64,000 nucleotides of DNA, from contig SPCU01000001.1 of the NCBI GenBank assembly GCA_004525545.1, forward strand, positions 3,468 to 67,467. The letters run 5' to 3'. This stretch comes from Methanomassiliicoccus sp. GTDB lineage: Archaea; Thermoplasmatota; Thermoplasmata; Methanomassiliicoccales; UBA472. Positions 49,419 to 58,801 of the stretch are shown piece after piece (the stretch's first letter is position 1; each line of letters begins with the position of its first letter). Both the position numbers and the translations under genes were made by a program. Below the pieces are notes generated by a model. The model searched no databases, was not told the DNA's origin, and worked only from the letters and a program-made list of their open reading frames with translations.

Positions 49419-51545
49419 TCAAGAGATATTGTTGTGTGTCCTCTCTTTCAGCTCTCCAAGCTTCCCCTTGTTCCAACCCGAGGTCTTCGAGAAGAACCCG
49501 GTGACACGGGTGATCCCTTCGACGTTTGGCGAGTGGCAATAGGAACATGTATCCTTAAGCCCCCGGCCGGTCTTACCGCAACTGAGGCAGGAGGTGAACT
49601 CCGGGCTGAAGGCTATCTGGGAGTTCTCAGTGTTCTTGAAGGTTTTGACCACGAAGGCAGCCAGACTCTCTGCGGAAGGCTTGTGCTCCCCCAACCAAAC
49701 GTGGGTGAGCGCCCCCGCCTCGACCAACGGGTGGAACAGGCCCTCGGCCTTCACCCTCTCGATGGCGCTGATCTGCGCCCCTACGTTGAGGTAGGTGGAG
49801 TTGGTGTAGTAGATCTCTCCGATGCTCTTGTTGCCACGGATGACCGTCGGCGCCTGCAGCGGGTAGTATTTCATATCCAGCTTGGCGAAACGGTAGGCGG
49901 TGCTCTCGGCAGGGGTCTGCTCCAGAGGCATCTTGATACCATATTTTTGACCAACGGCATCGGCATATTTCTTCATGACCGAAATGACCTTGAGGCCGAA
50001 CATGGTGGCATTTTTGGTCTCGTGCATCTGCTCACCAGTATGGTATTGGACAAGTTCGTTCAGTCCGACCATCCCTATGAGGAAGGATGCTTTGTTGAAG
50101 CGATAGTACTGTTCCCCATCCAAGTTCATGGTGAGCAGCGCCAGCGGACCATATTTACCCATTGCCAGCAACTTACCAATGAATTCGCGCTTCTGAAGAT
50201 GCGCTTGGGCTACCAGTTCGATCCTCTCCTCCAGCAATTTGAAGAGCTTTTCATCGTCCTGGTGCGCTTCGTAAGCGATGCGCGGCAAGTTGATGGTGAC
50301 GTTCTGCATCGCGGAGTACCTCATCTTCCAAGGGGTCTTCGCGTCGTTCAGATCGTTATCGTCCAACTTAAAGGTCAAACGGCAGCACTCGGATATCTTG
50401 GCGGTTCCGCCGCGATCGAACACGAAATATGTGTTGCCCTTCTCAGTAGCTGTGGTGCATATCTTATTTAGGAATTCCTCGTGCCCTTCGGTCTTGAAAA
50501 ATTTCTCGGTCATGTGCACGTTCGGTTTGGGGAAGAAAAACGGCCGTCCCATGGCATCCCCTTCCAAGTATACATCGAACAGTGCGTTGACGAACCTCTG
50601 ACTCTCCTCGGCATAGTCGCCGTAGACCTTACCGGTGAACAGACCATTAGGCCCGATGGCCTCCACATTCTGGAAGTGGTCCGGTACCTCCCAATAAAGG
50701 TTCAGGTCGCTGAAGATGGACTGCCCACCACGGGCGACAGCCTGTTGTGCGAACTCGAAAATGAGTATCTGGGCTAACTGCTTCATGCGGGTATCGTCCA
50801 CTCCAACTAAGTATGGAGCGAGGAACAGGTTGAAGGCGTCCCAGCCAATGGCTCCAGCGAAATTGCCTTGCAAGGCGGCTGAGAACTTGACCACCTGCTC
50901 GATGAGCACCTCTGGATGCTTGGCCGGTTTAGCGATGGATATGGCATTCGGAAGGTTGAGGCCGAACTTCTTCACATATTCTATTGATTGACCGCCGCAA
51001 TAGGGACGGTCGATCATGCCCAGGTCGTGAAGGTGGATGTCCCCTCGCATGTGTGCGTCCGCCAGATCTTGAGAGAACACCTCTAACAGGGCGAACTCCT
51101 TCTTAATCTGCTCTGCCAGGGTTAAATTGGTGGCTTCTGGCCCGTGAGGAACGTTTGCGTTCTCCTTGTTCGGGCTCATGATGATCTGTCTAGCGTCATA
51201 TAGAGGCACTCCCAATCGAGTATGCTGCCTACGGATCTTGGCCAGACCATACTCCACCAACTTGGCATTGGTCAATTCACGTATGAGTGGGGCGGTTATG
51301 ACATCCAGCTGTAGCTCACCAATCAGCTTCTCCACCTCCCGGGCAACGATGGCGGCGGCATCCTCGCTGATATCGGTCTCCCTCATCAGAGCCTCGAATA
51401 TCCGACTTTTATCCCACTTCTTGATCTCTTCATCTGAGGTTCGAACGAACAGGGATAATTCGGTCGACTCTCTATCGCTGATCAGAGTCGTTCCTGTTTC
51501 GGTTGACGCTCGTACGTTCCGGGGGGCTTCAGAGCTTTTCATCAT
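49419..51545 (-). CDS. nrdD: Anaerobic (class III) ribonucleoside-triphosphate reductase
   Basis: ATP cone, GDIHLHDL, ECCRL, TPAES, YYTNS, CxxC..CxxC, glycyl-radical loop RVTGF. Confidence 0.95.
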   Translation of the reverse strand: MMKSSEAPRNVRASTETGTTLISDRESTELSLFVRTSDEEIKKWDKSRIFEALMRETDISEDAAAIVAREVEKLIGELQLDVITAPLIRELTNAKLVEYGLAKIRRQHTRLGVPLYDARQIIMSPNKENANVPHGPEATNLTLAEQIKKEFALLEVFSQDLADAHMRGDIHLHDLGMIDRPYCGGQSIEYVKKFGLNLPNAISIAKPAKHPEVLIEQVVKFSAALQGNFAGAIGWDAFNLFLAPYLVGVDDTRMKQLAQILIFEFAQQAVARGGQSIFSDLNLYWEVPDHFQNVEAIGPNGLFTGKVYGDYAEESQRFVNALFDVYLEGDAMGRPFFFPKPNVHMTEKFFKTEGHEEFLNKICTTATEKGNTYFVFDRGGTAKISECCRLTFKLDDNDLNDAKTPWKMRYSAMQNVTINLPRIAYEAHQDDEKLFKLLEERIELVAQAHLQKREFIGKLLAMGKYGPLALLTMNLDGEQYYRFNKASFLIGMVGLNELVQYHTGEQMHETKNATMFGLKVISVMKKYADAVGQKYGIKMPLEQTPAESTAYRFAKLDMKYYPLQAPTVIRGNKSIGEIYYTNSTYLNVGAQISAIERVKAEGLFHPLVEAGALTHVWLGEHKPSAESLAAFVVKTFKNTENSQIAFSPEFTSCLSCGKTGRGLKDTCSYCHSPNVEGITRVTGFFSKTSGWNKGKLGELKERTHNNIS

Positions 51546-51601
51546 CTCACGTTCTTCTATTATTAAATGAAAATGAGGACCTATATAGAGAGTCCGTTTA
51601 C

Positions 51602-51649
51602 TTCATTCAAACTTGGGAATATGACATTCCGTTCCTAGGTTTAAATGAA
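51602..51649. promoter_or_regulatory. 18-bp imperfect inverted repeat in the nrdD/regulator divergent intergenic region
   Basis: TTCATTCAAACTTGGGAA-N12-TTCCTAGGTTTAAATGAA, 15/18 complementary. Confidence 0.5.
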
Positions 51650-51740
51650 TTTTTGAACTAAATCTGTAACCAATTAACACCTATGGATCGTGCTTGGAAA
51701 GGTATATTATTACCATATTTGTTACCATATCTGTTCATAT

Positions 51741-52319
51741 ATGTTTCATCCAGACCGCGATCTTAGGCAGATTATCATTGCCATATTATCTGAAGAGGGA
51801 AGGTCTATAAGCTACCTCTCACGAGAGCTGAAGAAAAGAGGTTATGACATGCATCGTTTGACCTTGACCGGTTATCTAAGAGCGATGACAGATATTAACG
51901 TTCTCAAGGAGAAGGATGTCCCTCCTGCGAAAATATATACACCCATAGTCGGAAAGGAGAGGGACATTTACATCAAGGTAGCTGAACAGGCGAGATCCAT
52001 CATAGGAGACAAGAACGCAGAATTGACCCTTTACACCTTGTACAAACTATTCAAGAGACCGATATTCAAAGAAGAACTGGAAAGGGCAGGAGTATTGGAT
52101 GCCTCACCCGGGATTCAAGCACGAGAAGAAGAACTTTCTGAAGCTCGTAAGTTCATGATCAAGGCAGGATTCAAGATACCAACCAGTAGTAAGGCCTATG
52201 TACCATTGAACAACGATTTGGAGGAAGCGTATCAGAGCTTGATCGTCCAAATAATCATTATCGATACAGAGGCTACATATTTAGTCAGGGAAACTAAACA
52301 GACGAAACTGGAGTTCTGA
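51741..52319 (+). CDS. Putative winged-helix DNA-binding protein divergent from nrdD
   Basis: SISYLSREL..RG..MHRLTLTGYLRAM resembles a wHTH. Confidence 0.65.
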   Translation: MFHPDRDLRQIIIAILSEEGRSISYLSRELKKRGYDMHRLTLTGYLRAMTDINVLKEKDVPPAKIYTPIVGKERDIYIKVAEQARSIIGDKNAELTLYTLYKLFKRPIFKEELERAGVLDASPGIQAREEELSEARKFMIKAGFKIPTSSKAYVPLNNDLEEAYQSLIVQIIIIDTEATYLVRETKQTKLEF

Positions 52320-52332
52320 TATACTGGAAATA

Positions 52333-53373
52333 ATGTATAAATCTACAAATGTTATATCGGGTGATATGGACCTGAATAGCCTGGTCGAAGCTTTAAAGAA
52401 CTTCCCCGGAGTGACCAGGAAGAAAAGCATATCATCCATCATCAATTTCTTCCCAAAACAATCGTACACCAAGATCCTTGCTTCCTACGGAGAGGATGCT
52501 GCGGTGATCGAGCAAGGAGGAAACCTACTCCTATTGGCCGCTGACGGTATCATGCCGGCACTGATGCGCACCAATCCATTCTTTGCCGGATACTACGCAG
52601 TTCTGGTCAATATTCATGATATTGCGGCCATGGGTGGGGTTCCCATAGCTATGCTGGATATACTATCTGTCAAGGACAATCGCGTCTGTTCTCAGGTAAT
52701 GAGAGGAATGGAGTTGGCTGTTAAAAAGTTCGGGGTACCTATTGTCGGTGGGCATACTCACCCAGATTGCGATTACGACGCTATCGATATCGCCATCATA
52801 GGAACAGCAGAACTTGGAGAGGCCATCTATAGCCACACGGCCCTGGAAGGCGACGATGTCATCGTAGGCATGGACCTAGACGGCTTCTATCCCGACGCAC
52901 TGCCATACGCGTGGGACACCACCTTCAGGAAGGAATCCTCCATACTGAGGCGGCAAATGCTCATAATGAACAAGATCGCCAAGCAAGGGTTAGTTCGCTC
53001 GGGCAAGGATATCAGCAACCCCGGTACCCTGGGAACACTGGGCATGTTGCTTGAGACCAGTGGGAAGGGGGCGTTGGTAGACCTGGACCGCATACCCCGA
53101 CCTGCAGGAGTGGAACAGACGCAATGGCTGAAATCATATCAAGGCTGCGGTTACGTCGTCACTTGCGACCCCATCCACTCACAGCGCATCATCGAAATGT
53201 ACGCAACGGTAGGTGTCACCAGTTCCATTATCGGCAAGGTGGACGATGGGAACCAACTTATTGTAAAGCAGGGAGGGCAGAACGCGGTCATGTTCGATTT
53301 TGATAAGGAGATCATCACCGGTTGCAAACCAACGTCCACCGTCGGCTGGGAATACGTAGAGCTTGGAAAATAA
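52333..53373 (+). CDS. Methanogenesis marker 2 protein (AIR-synthase/PurM-like)
   Basis: GVTRK, GEDAAV, LAADGI, LVNIHDIAAMGG, VGGHTHPD, KDISNPG.LGT. Confidence 0.85.
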   Translation: MYKSTNVISGDMDLNSLVEALKNFPGVTRKKSISSIINFFPKQSYTKILASYGEDAAVIEQGGNLLLLAADGIMPALMRTNPFFAGYYAVLVNIHDIAAMGGVPIAMLDILSVKDNRVCSQVMRGMELAVKKFGVPIVGGHTHPDCDYDAIDIAIIGTAELGEAIYSHTALEGDDVIVGMDLDGFYPDALPYAWDTTFRKESSILRRQMLIMNKIAKQGLVRSGKDISNPGTLGTLGMLLETSGKGALVDLDRIPRPAGVEQTQWLKSYQGCGYVVTCDPIHSQRIIEMYATVGVTSSIIGKVDDGNQLIVKQGGQNAVMFDFDKEIITGCKPTSTVGWEYVELGK

Positions 53374-53380
53374 AAAAAAG

Positions 53381-53692
53381 TGCTAGGCGACGGAGGTTGC
53401 CGCTCGAACCGAAAGAGGTTGTCCAATCACTGACTCAGCCCCGCTCCCCTTCGAGCGTAAGTAATCCGTGGTAAGGCTGTTCCCGTCAGGGCCTGACCCG
53501 TTCCCCACGATCAGAGCAAGGTGTGCCGCCCTCCAGCTGCACCGCGATGCTGCCACCGACCCCGTAGGACAGGGCCTCAGCGCCAATGATTGGGCCTCTA
53601 GCGTTCCGGATACGACGTCCCCCGCTGTCACCCCCGCATATCGACGATTACGGTGTATAAGGACACGCCGACCGTCCCGGTCTAGCCTAGCA
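53381..53692 (-). ncRNA. ffs: Archaeal SRP (7S) RNA
   Basis: Terminal helix UGCUAGGC/GCCUAGCA, Alu-like 5' domain, helix 6 with GGAG loop, helix 8 CAGGCCC-UGAC-GGGAACAG, U-tract at 53372-53379; 312 nt. Confidence 0.92.
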
Positions 53693-53927
53693 GGTGCTCT
53701 TATCCATCGAGCGTATTTAAAAATTCTGCACGTTCTATGATATGTAATGAACTGTCCAACACCTCTTCTGAAGAATTTAATAGTTTATTAGTTATTCACA
53801 AACATTATTTGATTTTATTATCATATAATATATTATATTGTTAAGAAGCATGGTCAACTGGTCGAAGATAGAACGGTAGATCGCCCCGAGGCGGTGTTAG
53901 AGACGCTGCGGAAAGGACGATCTCATT

Positions 53928-54231
53928 TTGACTTCCATCGGGAAAAAAGTAGATTGCTCACAAAGGACCTGGTCAATGCCACCCTGGGCGTGCTCCTCAT
54001 CATCGCCGTATAGTGGATCGTGGCCGACCTCATGATATCATGGCGAGGAGCGGCCTTCCCCACTCCCCAGGAGACGTTTACCAGCCTATGGAACGCTTTG
54101 GGCGGGATGGAAGTGCACGGGGAAAGCATCTACGTGCACGCCCAAGCCCCTTGTACAGATGGGGGCTGGGTTACGTCATCGCCCTTGTGCTCGGGATAAC
54201 CATAGGACTTTTGTTCGGCACCCTGAACTGA
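53928..54231 (+). pseudogene. Fragment of a NitT/TauT/SsuC-type ABC permease
   Basis: LGVLLIIAV*WIVA..FPTPQE..HAQA / LYRWGLGY..GITIG with an in-frame TAG at 54011, a frameshift near 54150 and truncation. Confidence 0.65.
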
Positions 54232-54628
54232 TTGAACAGTACCTCCAGGGACCTTGCTCTTCCGACGATATTCCACCCGCACGGAGATATGAGCGCTAAC
54301 GCCAACATCTCATTATTGGACGATATCCTAGCAACGGGGATCGAAGGGTTCCAGGTCGGCCGAACGGAACGAACCCGGGAGATCGCTGGAGCTCATGGGA
54401 GGCAGGATCGCGCTCATAGGGGGGATAGACGCATCCTCCACGCTTCTGCTTGGTCCCGAGGAGAAGATCGTCGATGAGATGGAGTCGTTCCTCCATCTTT
54501 TCCACTCTTGGACAGGATATGTGTTCATGTGCTCCTGCTCGTTGCATCGGGGCATGCCGCTAGAGAACGTGGAGATCATGATGCGATGCGCCAGAAGATA
54601 TGGGTTGAGAAAGGAATATGAACCCTGA
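54232..54628 (+). pseudogene. C-terminal fragment of a URO-D/MtaA-family methyltransferase
   Basis: IFHPHGD..GIEGF / GRIALIGGID..LLLGPEE..GYVFMCSCSL..PLENVEIM; frameshift near 54360; N-terminus missing. Confidence 0.65.
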
Positions 54629-54648
54629 GAGGACATATATTTCAGTGC

Positions 54649-55530
54649 ATGACCTCACTGGACCTTGATAGTAAACCGCCCTGGCTACGGACCAGAGGCC
54701 TATCTCCGTTCAATTCATCGGAAGTCAGGCGTACTCTATCAGCAGGGTTGAGGACGGTATGCGACTCTTCCCGCTGCCCGAACCTGGGGGAGTGCTGGGG
54801 CAGTGGTCACGCCACGTTCATGATATTAGGGGAGCGATGCACCAGGAACTGCCGTTTCTGCGCCATTCCCAGCGGCCGTCCGGAAGGCGGGGTGGATGAA
54901 GGGGAGCCGGAAAGGCTGGCCGAAGCGGTGCGTTCCCTGGGACTGAAGCACGTGGTGATAACCTCGGTCACCAGGGACGATCTGGAGGACGGGGGAGCTG
55001 GCATTTTCGCCGCTGCTGTGCGAACCATACGGTGGATGGTCCCCAATACTGGCGTGGAGGTGCTCATTCCAGACCTGCAAGGTAATAAGGAGAGCTTGGA
55101 GAAAGTGGTCGATTCTTCGCCTGATGTTCTGGGGCACAATCTGGAGGTCGTTCGTTCGTTGCAATGGGTCAGAGACCCAAAGGCCTCTTACGAACGTTCC
55201 CTGGACGTTCTTCAAATGGCCAAACGGTTCGATCCAAGCTCATTGACCAAGAGCTCGCTCATGCTCGGGTTAGGTGAACAGAGGGGGGAGATCAGACAAG
55301 CCATGCTGGACCTGCTTTCAGCAAAGGTGGACCTGCTCACCCTCGGGCAATACCTTCCACCACTGGGGTCGTCATTGCCCCTGCATCGTTATGTGCTCCC
55401 CTCTGAGTTCGACGAACTGAGAGAGATGGCGCGTTCCCTCGGTTTCAAGGGGGTCATGGCCGGACCGCTTGTCAGGTCGTCATACAAAGCTTTGGATCTC
55501 ATGAGAGAGGCTGGTGTTGGGAGATGTTAA
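54649..55530 (+). CDS. lipA: Lipoyl synthase
   Basis: KPPWL, CX4CX5C (CDSSRCPNLGEC), CTRNCRFC, TSVTRDDL, RSSY. Confidence 0.95.
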   Translation: MTSLDLDSKPPWLRTRGLSPFNSSEVRRTLSAGLRTVCDSSRCPNLGECWGSGHATFMILGERCTRNCRFCAIPSGRPEGGVDEGEPERLAEAVRSLGLKHVVITSVTRDDLEDGGAGIFAAAVRTIRWMVPNTGVEVLIPDLQGNKESLEKVVDSSPDVLGHNLEVVRSLQWVRDPKASYERSLDVLQMAKRFDPSSLTKSSLMLGLGEQRGEIRQAMLDLLSAKVDLLTLGQYLPPLGSSLPLHRYVLPSEFDELREMARSLGFKGVMAGPLVRSSYKALDLMREAGVGRC

Positions 55531-56585
55531 CGGACGAATTCGATCCTTTGAAAGGAGAGATGCTGTGCGTAATGGATGAAGAAGGGATCGTGGACCGATC
55601 CCTGATGCCGAAATTGTCCAATGAGATGCTCATCAAGGCCTACCGCACCATGGTCCTTACGCGCCTGGCTGACGACAAGGCGGTGAAGTTGCAGCGTCAG
55701 GGGAAATTGGGTGCCTACCCACCCAGCAGAGGACAGGAGGCTAGTCAAATAGGTCCGGCCATGGCCCTGAAGGAAGGTGACTGGCTTTTATGGGCCTTCC
55801 GAGAGATGGGGGGCCTGCTATGGAAGGGAATACCGTTAAGCACGCTGTACCTGTTCTGGATGGGCAACGAGCTGGGAAGTGTCTATCCTGAAGGGTCGAA
55901 CGTAACGCCTTCGGTGGTGCCAGTGGCCTCCCAGATACCCCATGCGGTGGGCATCGCCTATGCCAGTAAGTTGAGGAAGGAAAAGATCGTCACTTTGGCC
56001 TACTTCGGTGATGGGGCGACTTCGGAAGGGGAGTTCCATGAAGGCCTCAATTTTGCCGGGGTCTTCAAGACCCCCAACGTCTTCGTTTGTCAAAATAACC
56101 AGTTCGCCATCTCTACCCGTAGGGAACGGCAGAGCGCCTCACCGACCCTGGCGCAAAAAGCGGTATCCTATGGGTTCCCAGGGATATTGGTCGACGGGAA
56201 CGACATCTTCGCCATGTTCGCGGCGGCCAAGGAGGCGGTGGACCGCGCCCGGAAAGGTAAAGGACCGACGCTTATCGAATCTTACACCTACCGTATGGGC
56301 GACCACACCACCTCCGACGATTGGAGAAAGTATCGTACGAAGGAAGAGGTGGAGACCTGGCAACGGAAGGACCCGCTTTCTCGCTTCGCGAAGTATCTGA
56401 AGGCGGAAGGTGTCCTTAGCGACGAGGGGGAGATAGAGAAGGAGATGTCCAAGGTGATCGAGGAAGCGGTCGCGGCCGCGGAAGCCGTTCCCGCACCGAC
56501 CCGGAAGGACGTCTTTGAGCATACTTACGCCGAGATGCCCCCTTACCTCAAGTGGCAGATGGGCCCAGGAGGCGAGCGCCAATGA
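55524..56585 (+). CDS. pdhA: 2-oxoacid (pyruvate) dehydrogenase E1 alpha
   Basis: LQRQG, GQEA, GDGATSEG..NN TPP motif, YRMGDHTTSDD. Confidence 0.9.
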   Translation: MLTDEFDPLKGEMLCVMDEEGIVDRSLMPKLSNEMLIKAYRTMVLTRLADDKAVKLQRQGKLGAYPPSRGQEASQIGPAMALKEGDWLLWAFREMGGLLWKGIPLSTLYLFWMGNELGSVYPEGSNVTPSVVPVASQIPHAVGIAYASKLRKEKIVTLAYFGDGATSEGEFHEGLNFAGVFKTPNVFVCQNNQFAISTRRERQSASPTLAQKAVSYGFPGILVDGNDIFAMFAAAKEAVDRARKGKGPTLIESYTYRMGDHTTSDDWRKYRTKEEVETWQRKDPLSRFAKYLKAEGVLSDEGEIEKEMSKVIEEAVAAAEAVPAPTRKDVFEHTYAEMPPYLKWQMGPGGERQ

Positions 56586-57547
56586 TGATGAACATGGTGC
56601 AGGCCATCAATGCCGCCCTGCGCATGGAGATGGAGCGCGACCCTTCGGTGGTCATCCTGGGCGAGGATGTGGGTGTGGACGGCGGAGTGTTCAGATTGAC
56701 GGAAGGCCTTTTAGATAGATTCGGAGCGGACAGGGTCATCGACACCCCCTTGGCGGAAGCGGGCATCTCCGGCGTCGCCATCGGCATGGCCATGAACGGT
56801 CTGCGGCCGATAGCGGAGATGCAGTTCATGGGCTTCTCCTATCTTGCGCTCAATCAGATGATCAATCATGCCGCCCGCATGCGCAATCGGACCCGAGGCA
56901 GGATAACCATCCCCTTGGTCCTGCGCATGCCCTACGGGGCCGGGATCAAAGCTCTGGAACACCATTCGGAGAGCACCGAGGCGCTCTACGCGCAGATCCC
57001 GGGACTGAAGGTGGTCGTTCCCTCCACCCCCCTAGAGGCCAAAGGGCTGTTGACCGCCTCCATCAGGGACCCGGACCCGGTGGTCTTCCTGGAACCGACA
57101 CGGTCCTATCGTATGCTCAAGGAGGAGGTACCTGACGGAGAGTACCTCTTACCGTTGGGAAAGGCCAGGGTGGTGCAGGAGGGAGACGACATCACCGTAT
57201 TGGGATGGGGAGCAATGATGCCTTTGATCCAAAAGGCGGTCGATAAGGTCAAGGCCTCGGTGGAGGTCATCGACCTGAGGACGCTCTCCCCCATGGACAT
57301 CGAGACCGTCCTGGATTCGGTCAAACGCACCGGACGGGCGGTGGTGGTACATGAGGCCCCGCGCACCTGCGGGCTGGGGGCGGAGATCGCCGCCCGCATC
57401 TATGAGGGGGCGATCTTGAACATGGAGGCACCGGTGGAGAGGGTGACCGCTCCGGACATCACCATACCCTTGCCGAAAGGCGAGGACCACTACTACATCA
57501 ACGAACGAATGATAATCGAGGGCATGGAACGTACGATGAACTTCTAG
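56582..57547 (+). CDS. pdhB: 2-oxoacid (pyruvate) dehydrogenase E1 beta
   Basis: GEDVG..GGVFR, DTPLAE, EMQF, EHHSES, IDLRTL.P. Confidence 0.9.
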   Translation: MMMNMVQAINAALRMEMERDPSVVILGEDVGVDGGVFRLTEGLLDRFGADRVIDTPLAEAGISGVAIGMAMNGLRPIAEMQFMGFSYLALNQMINHAARMRNRTRGRITIPLVLRMPYGAGIKALEHHSESTEALYAQIPGLKVVVPSTPLEAKGLLTASIRDPDPVVFLEPTRSYRMLKEEVPDGEYLLPLGKARVVQEGDDITVLGWGAMMPLIQKAVDKVKASVEVIDLRTLSPMDIETVLDSVKRTGRAVVVHEAPRTCGLGAEIAARIYEGAILNMEAPVERVTAPDITIPLPKGEDHYYINERMIIEGMERTMNF

Positions 57548-57556
57548 GTGATCAGC

Positions 57557-58801
57557 ATGGCAATCGAATTCAAGTTTCCGGACCTGGGCGAAGGGATCGC
57601 CGAGGGAGAGGTCAAGAAGTGGCTGGTAAATGAGGGAGACACGGTCAGTAAGGACCAGTCACTGGCGGAGATAGAGACCGACAAAGCGGTGGTAGAAATG
57701 CCCTCCCCGGCCGCGGGTAAGATACTGAACCTCTATCACAAGGAAGGTGAGATGGTCAAGGTCGGCGAGGTGCTGGCGGTCATCGGCGAAGGAGGAGAGA
57801 CCGTGTCGACCCGGCCCCCTGTATCGAAGGCGGCGGACGATAGAACGAAGGAGGAAAGACCTCCCTCGGTCTCTGTCGTCGGCGATCTTCCCCTGGAAGA
57901 GATGGTGGTCTCCTCCGCGCCTGAGAAGCGGAGCGGCAGGGACGTATTGGCCATGCCATCGGTGAGGAAGATCGCCAAGGGGAAGGGGGTCGACCTGACG
58001 CAGGTGGTCCCGAGCGGAGCACATGGACAGGTGCTGGAGAATGACCTGGAAGGGAAGAAGGAGAGACCGAAGACCGTGCCCAAGTTCGATATTTACGGTT
58101 ATATCGATAGAATACCGATCCGGGGGATCAGACGCACCACTGCCAAGCGCATGAAGGAATCGCAGCAGAAGGTGGCCGCGGTCACCAGCATGGAACAGGC
58201 GGACGTGACCCGCTTGGTGGAGATGCGGGACAGGGTGAAGGTCCCCGCCAAAGAGAGGATGGGTGTCAACTTGACCTACATACCTTTCATCATCAAGGCG
58301 GTGGTGCAGGCATTGAAGGCGCACCCTATGCTGAACTCGATGATCGACGAGGAGCGAGAGGAGATCATCGTCAAGAAGTACTACAACATCGGCGTGGCCG
58401 TGGCCATCGACGACGGCCTCATGGTACCGGTGATCAAGGCCGCGGACCTGAAGAGCTTAAAGGAGCTGGCCGAGGAAGTGTCGGCCCTTGCCAAGAGCGC
58501 TCAGGAGCGGAAGGTGGACCTGGCGGACCTCAAGGGCGGGACGTTCAGCATCACCAACTATGGCGTGTTCGGAGGGACCTACGGGACTCCGATAATCAAC
58601 TATCCCGAGACGGCCATACTGGGGATAGGACGGATCATGGACGCGGCGCTCGTGGTCGAGGGCGCGGTCCAGGCGCGCAAGGTGCTGCCGCTATCGCTCA
58701 CTTTCGATCACCGGGCCTACGACGGCGCGGTAGCGGCCAAGTTCCTCAAGGAACTGACCTATTTATTAGAGAACCCTGAGCTGCTGCTGGTGATGGACTA
58801 A
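57557..58801 (+). CDS. pdhC: Dihydrolipoamide acyltransferase E2
   Basis: Lipoyl domain ETDKA, peripheral-subunit-binding domain PSVRKIA..GVDL, catalytic DHRAYDGA. Confidence 0.9.
   Translation: MAIEFKFPDLGEGIAEGEVKKWLVNEGDTVSKDQSLAEIETDKAVVEMPSPAAGKILNLYHKEGEMVKVGEVLAVIGEGGETVSTRPPVSKAADDRTKEERPPSVSVVGDLPLEEMVVSSAPEKRSGRDVLAMPSVRKIAKGKGVDLTQVVPSGAHGQVLENDLEGKKERPKTVPKFDIYGYIDRIPIRGIRRTTAKRMKESQQKVAAVTSMEQADVTRLVEMRDRVKVPAKERMGVNLTYIPFIIKAVVQALKAHPMLNSMIDEEREEIIVKKYYNIGVAVAIDDGLMVPVIKAADLKSLKELAEEVSALAKSAQERKVDLADLKGGTFSITNYGVFGGTYGTPIINYPETAILGIGRIMDAALVVEGAVQARKVLPLSLTFDHRAYDGAVAAKFLKELTYLLENPELLLVMD

Noticed and set aside
51616..51630. Possible NrpR operator GGAA...TTCC upstream of nrdD
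   Set aside because: Spacer is 7 nt rather than the canonical 6, and nrdD is not a nitrogen-assimilation gene
52333..53373. Selenophosphate synthetase or ThiL call
   Set aside because: Lacks the N-terminal Cys/Sec-x-x-Lys motif of SelD; motifs fit methanogenesis marker 2
53383..53740. ORFs 53383-53631 (-) and 53468-53740 (+)
   Set aside because: They overlap the SRP RNA gene and show no protein-like features
54011..54013. In-frame TAG as a pyrrolysine codon in the permease fragment
   Set aside because: The gene also has frameshifts and is truncated; a nonsense mutation is the simpler explanation
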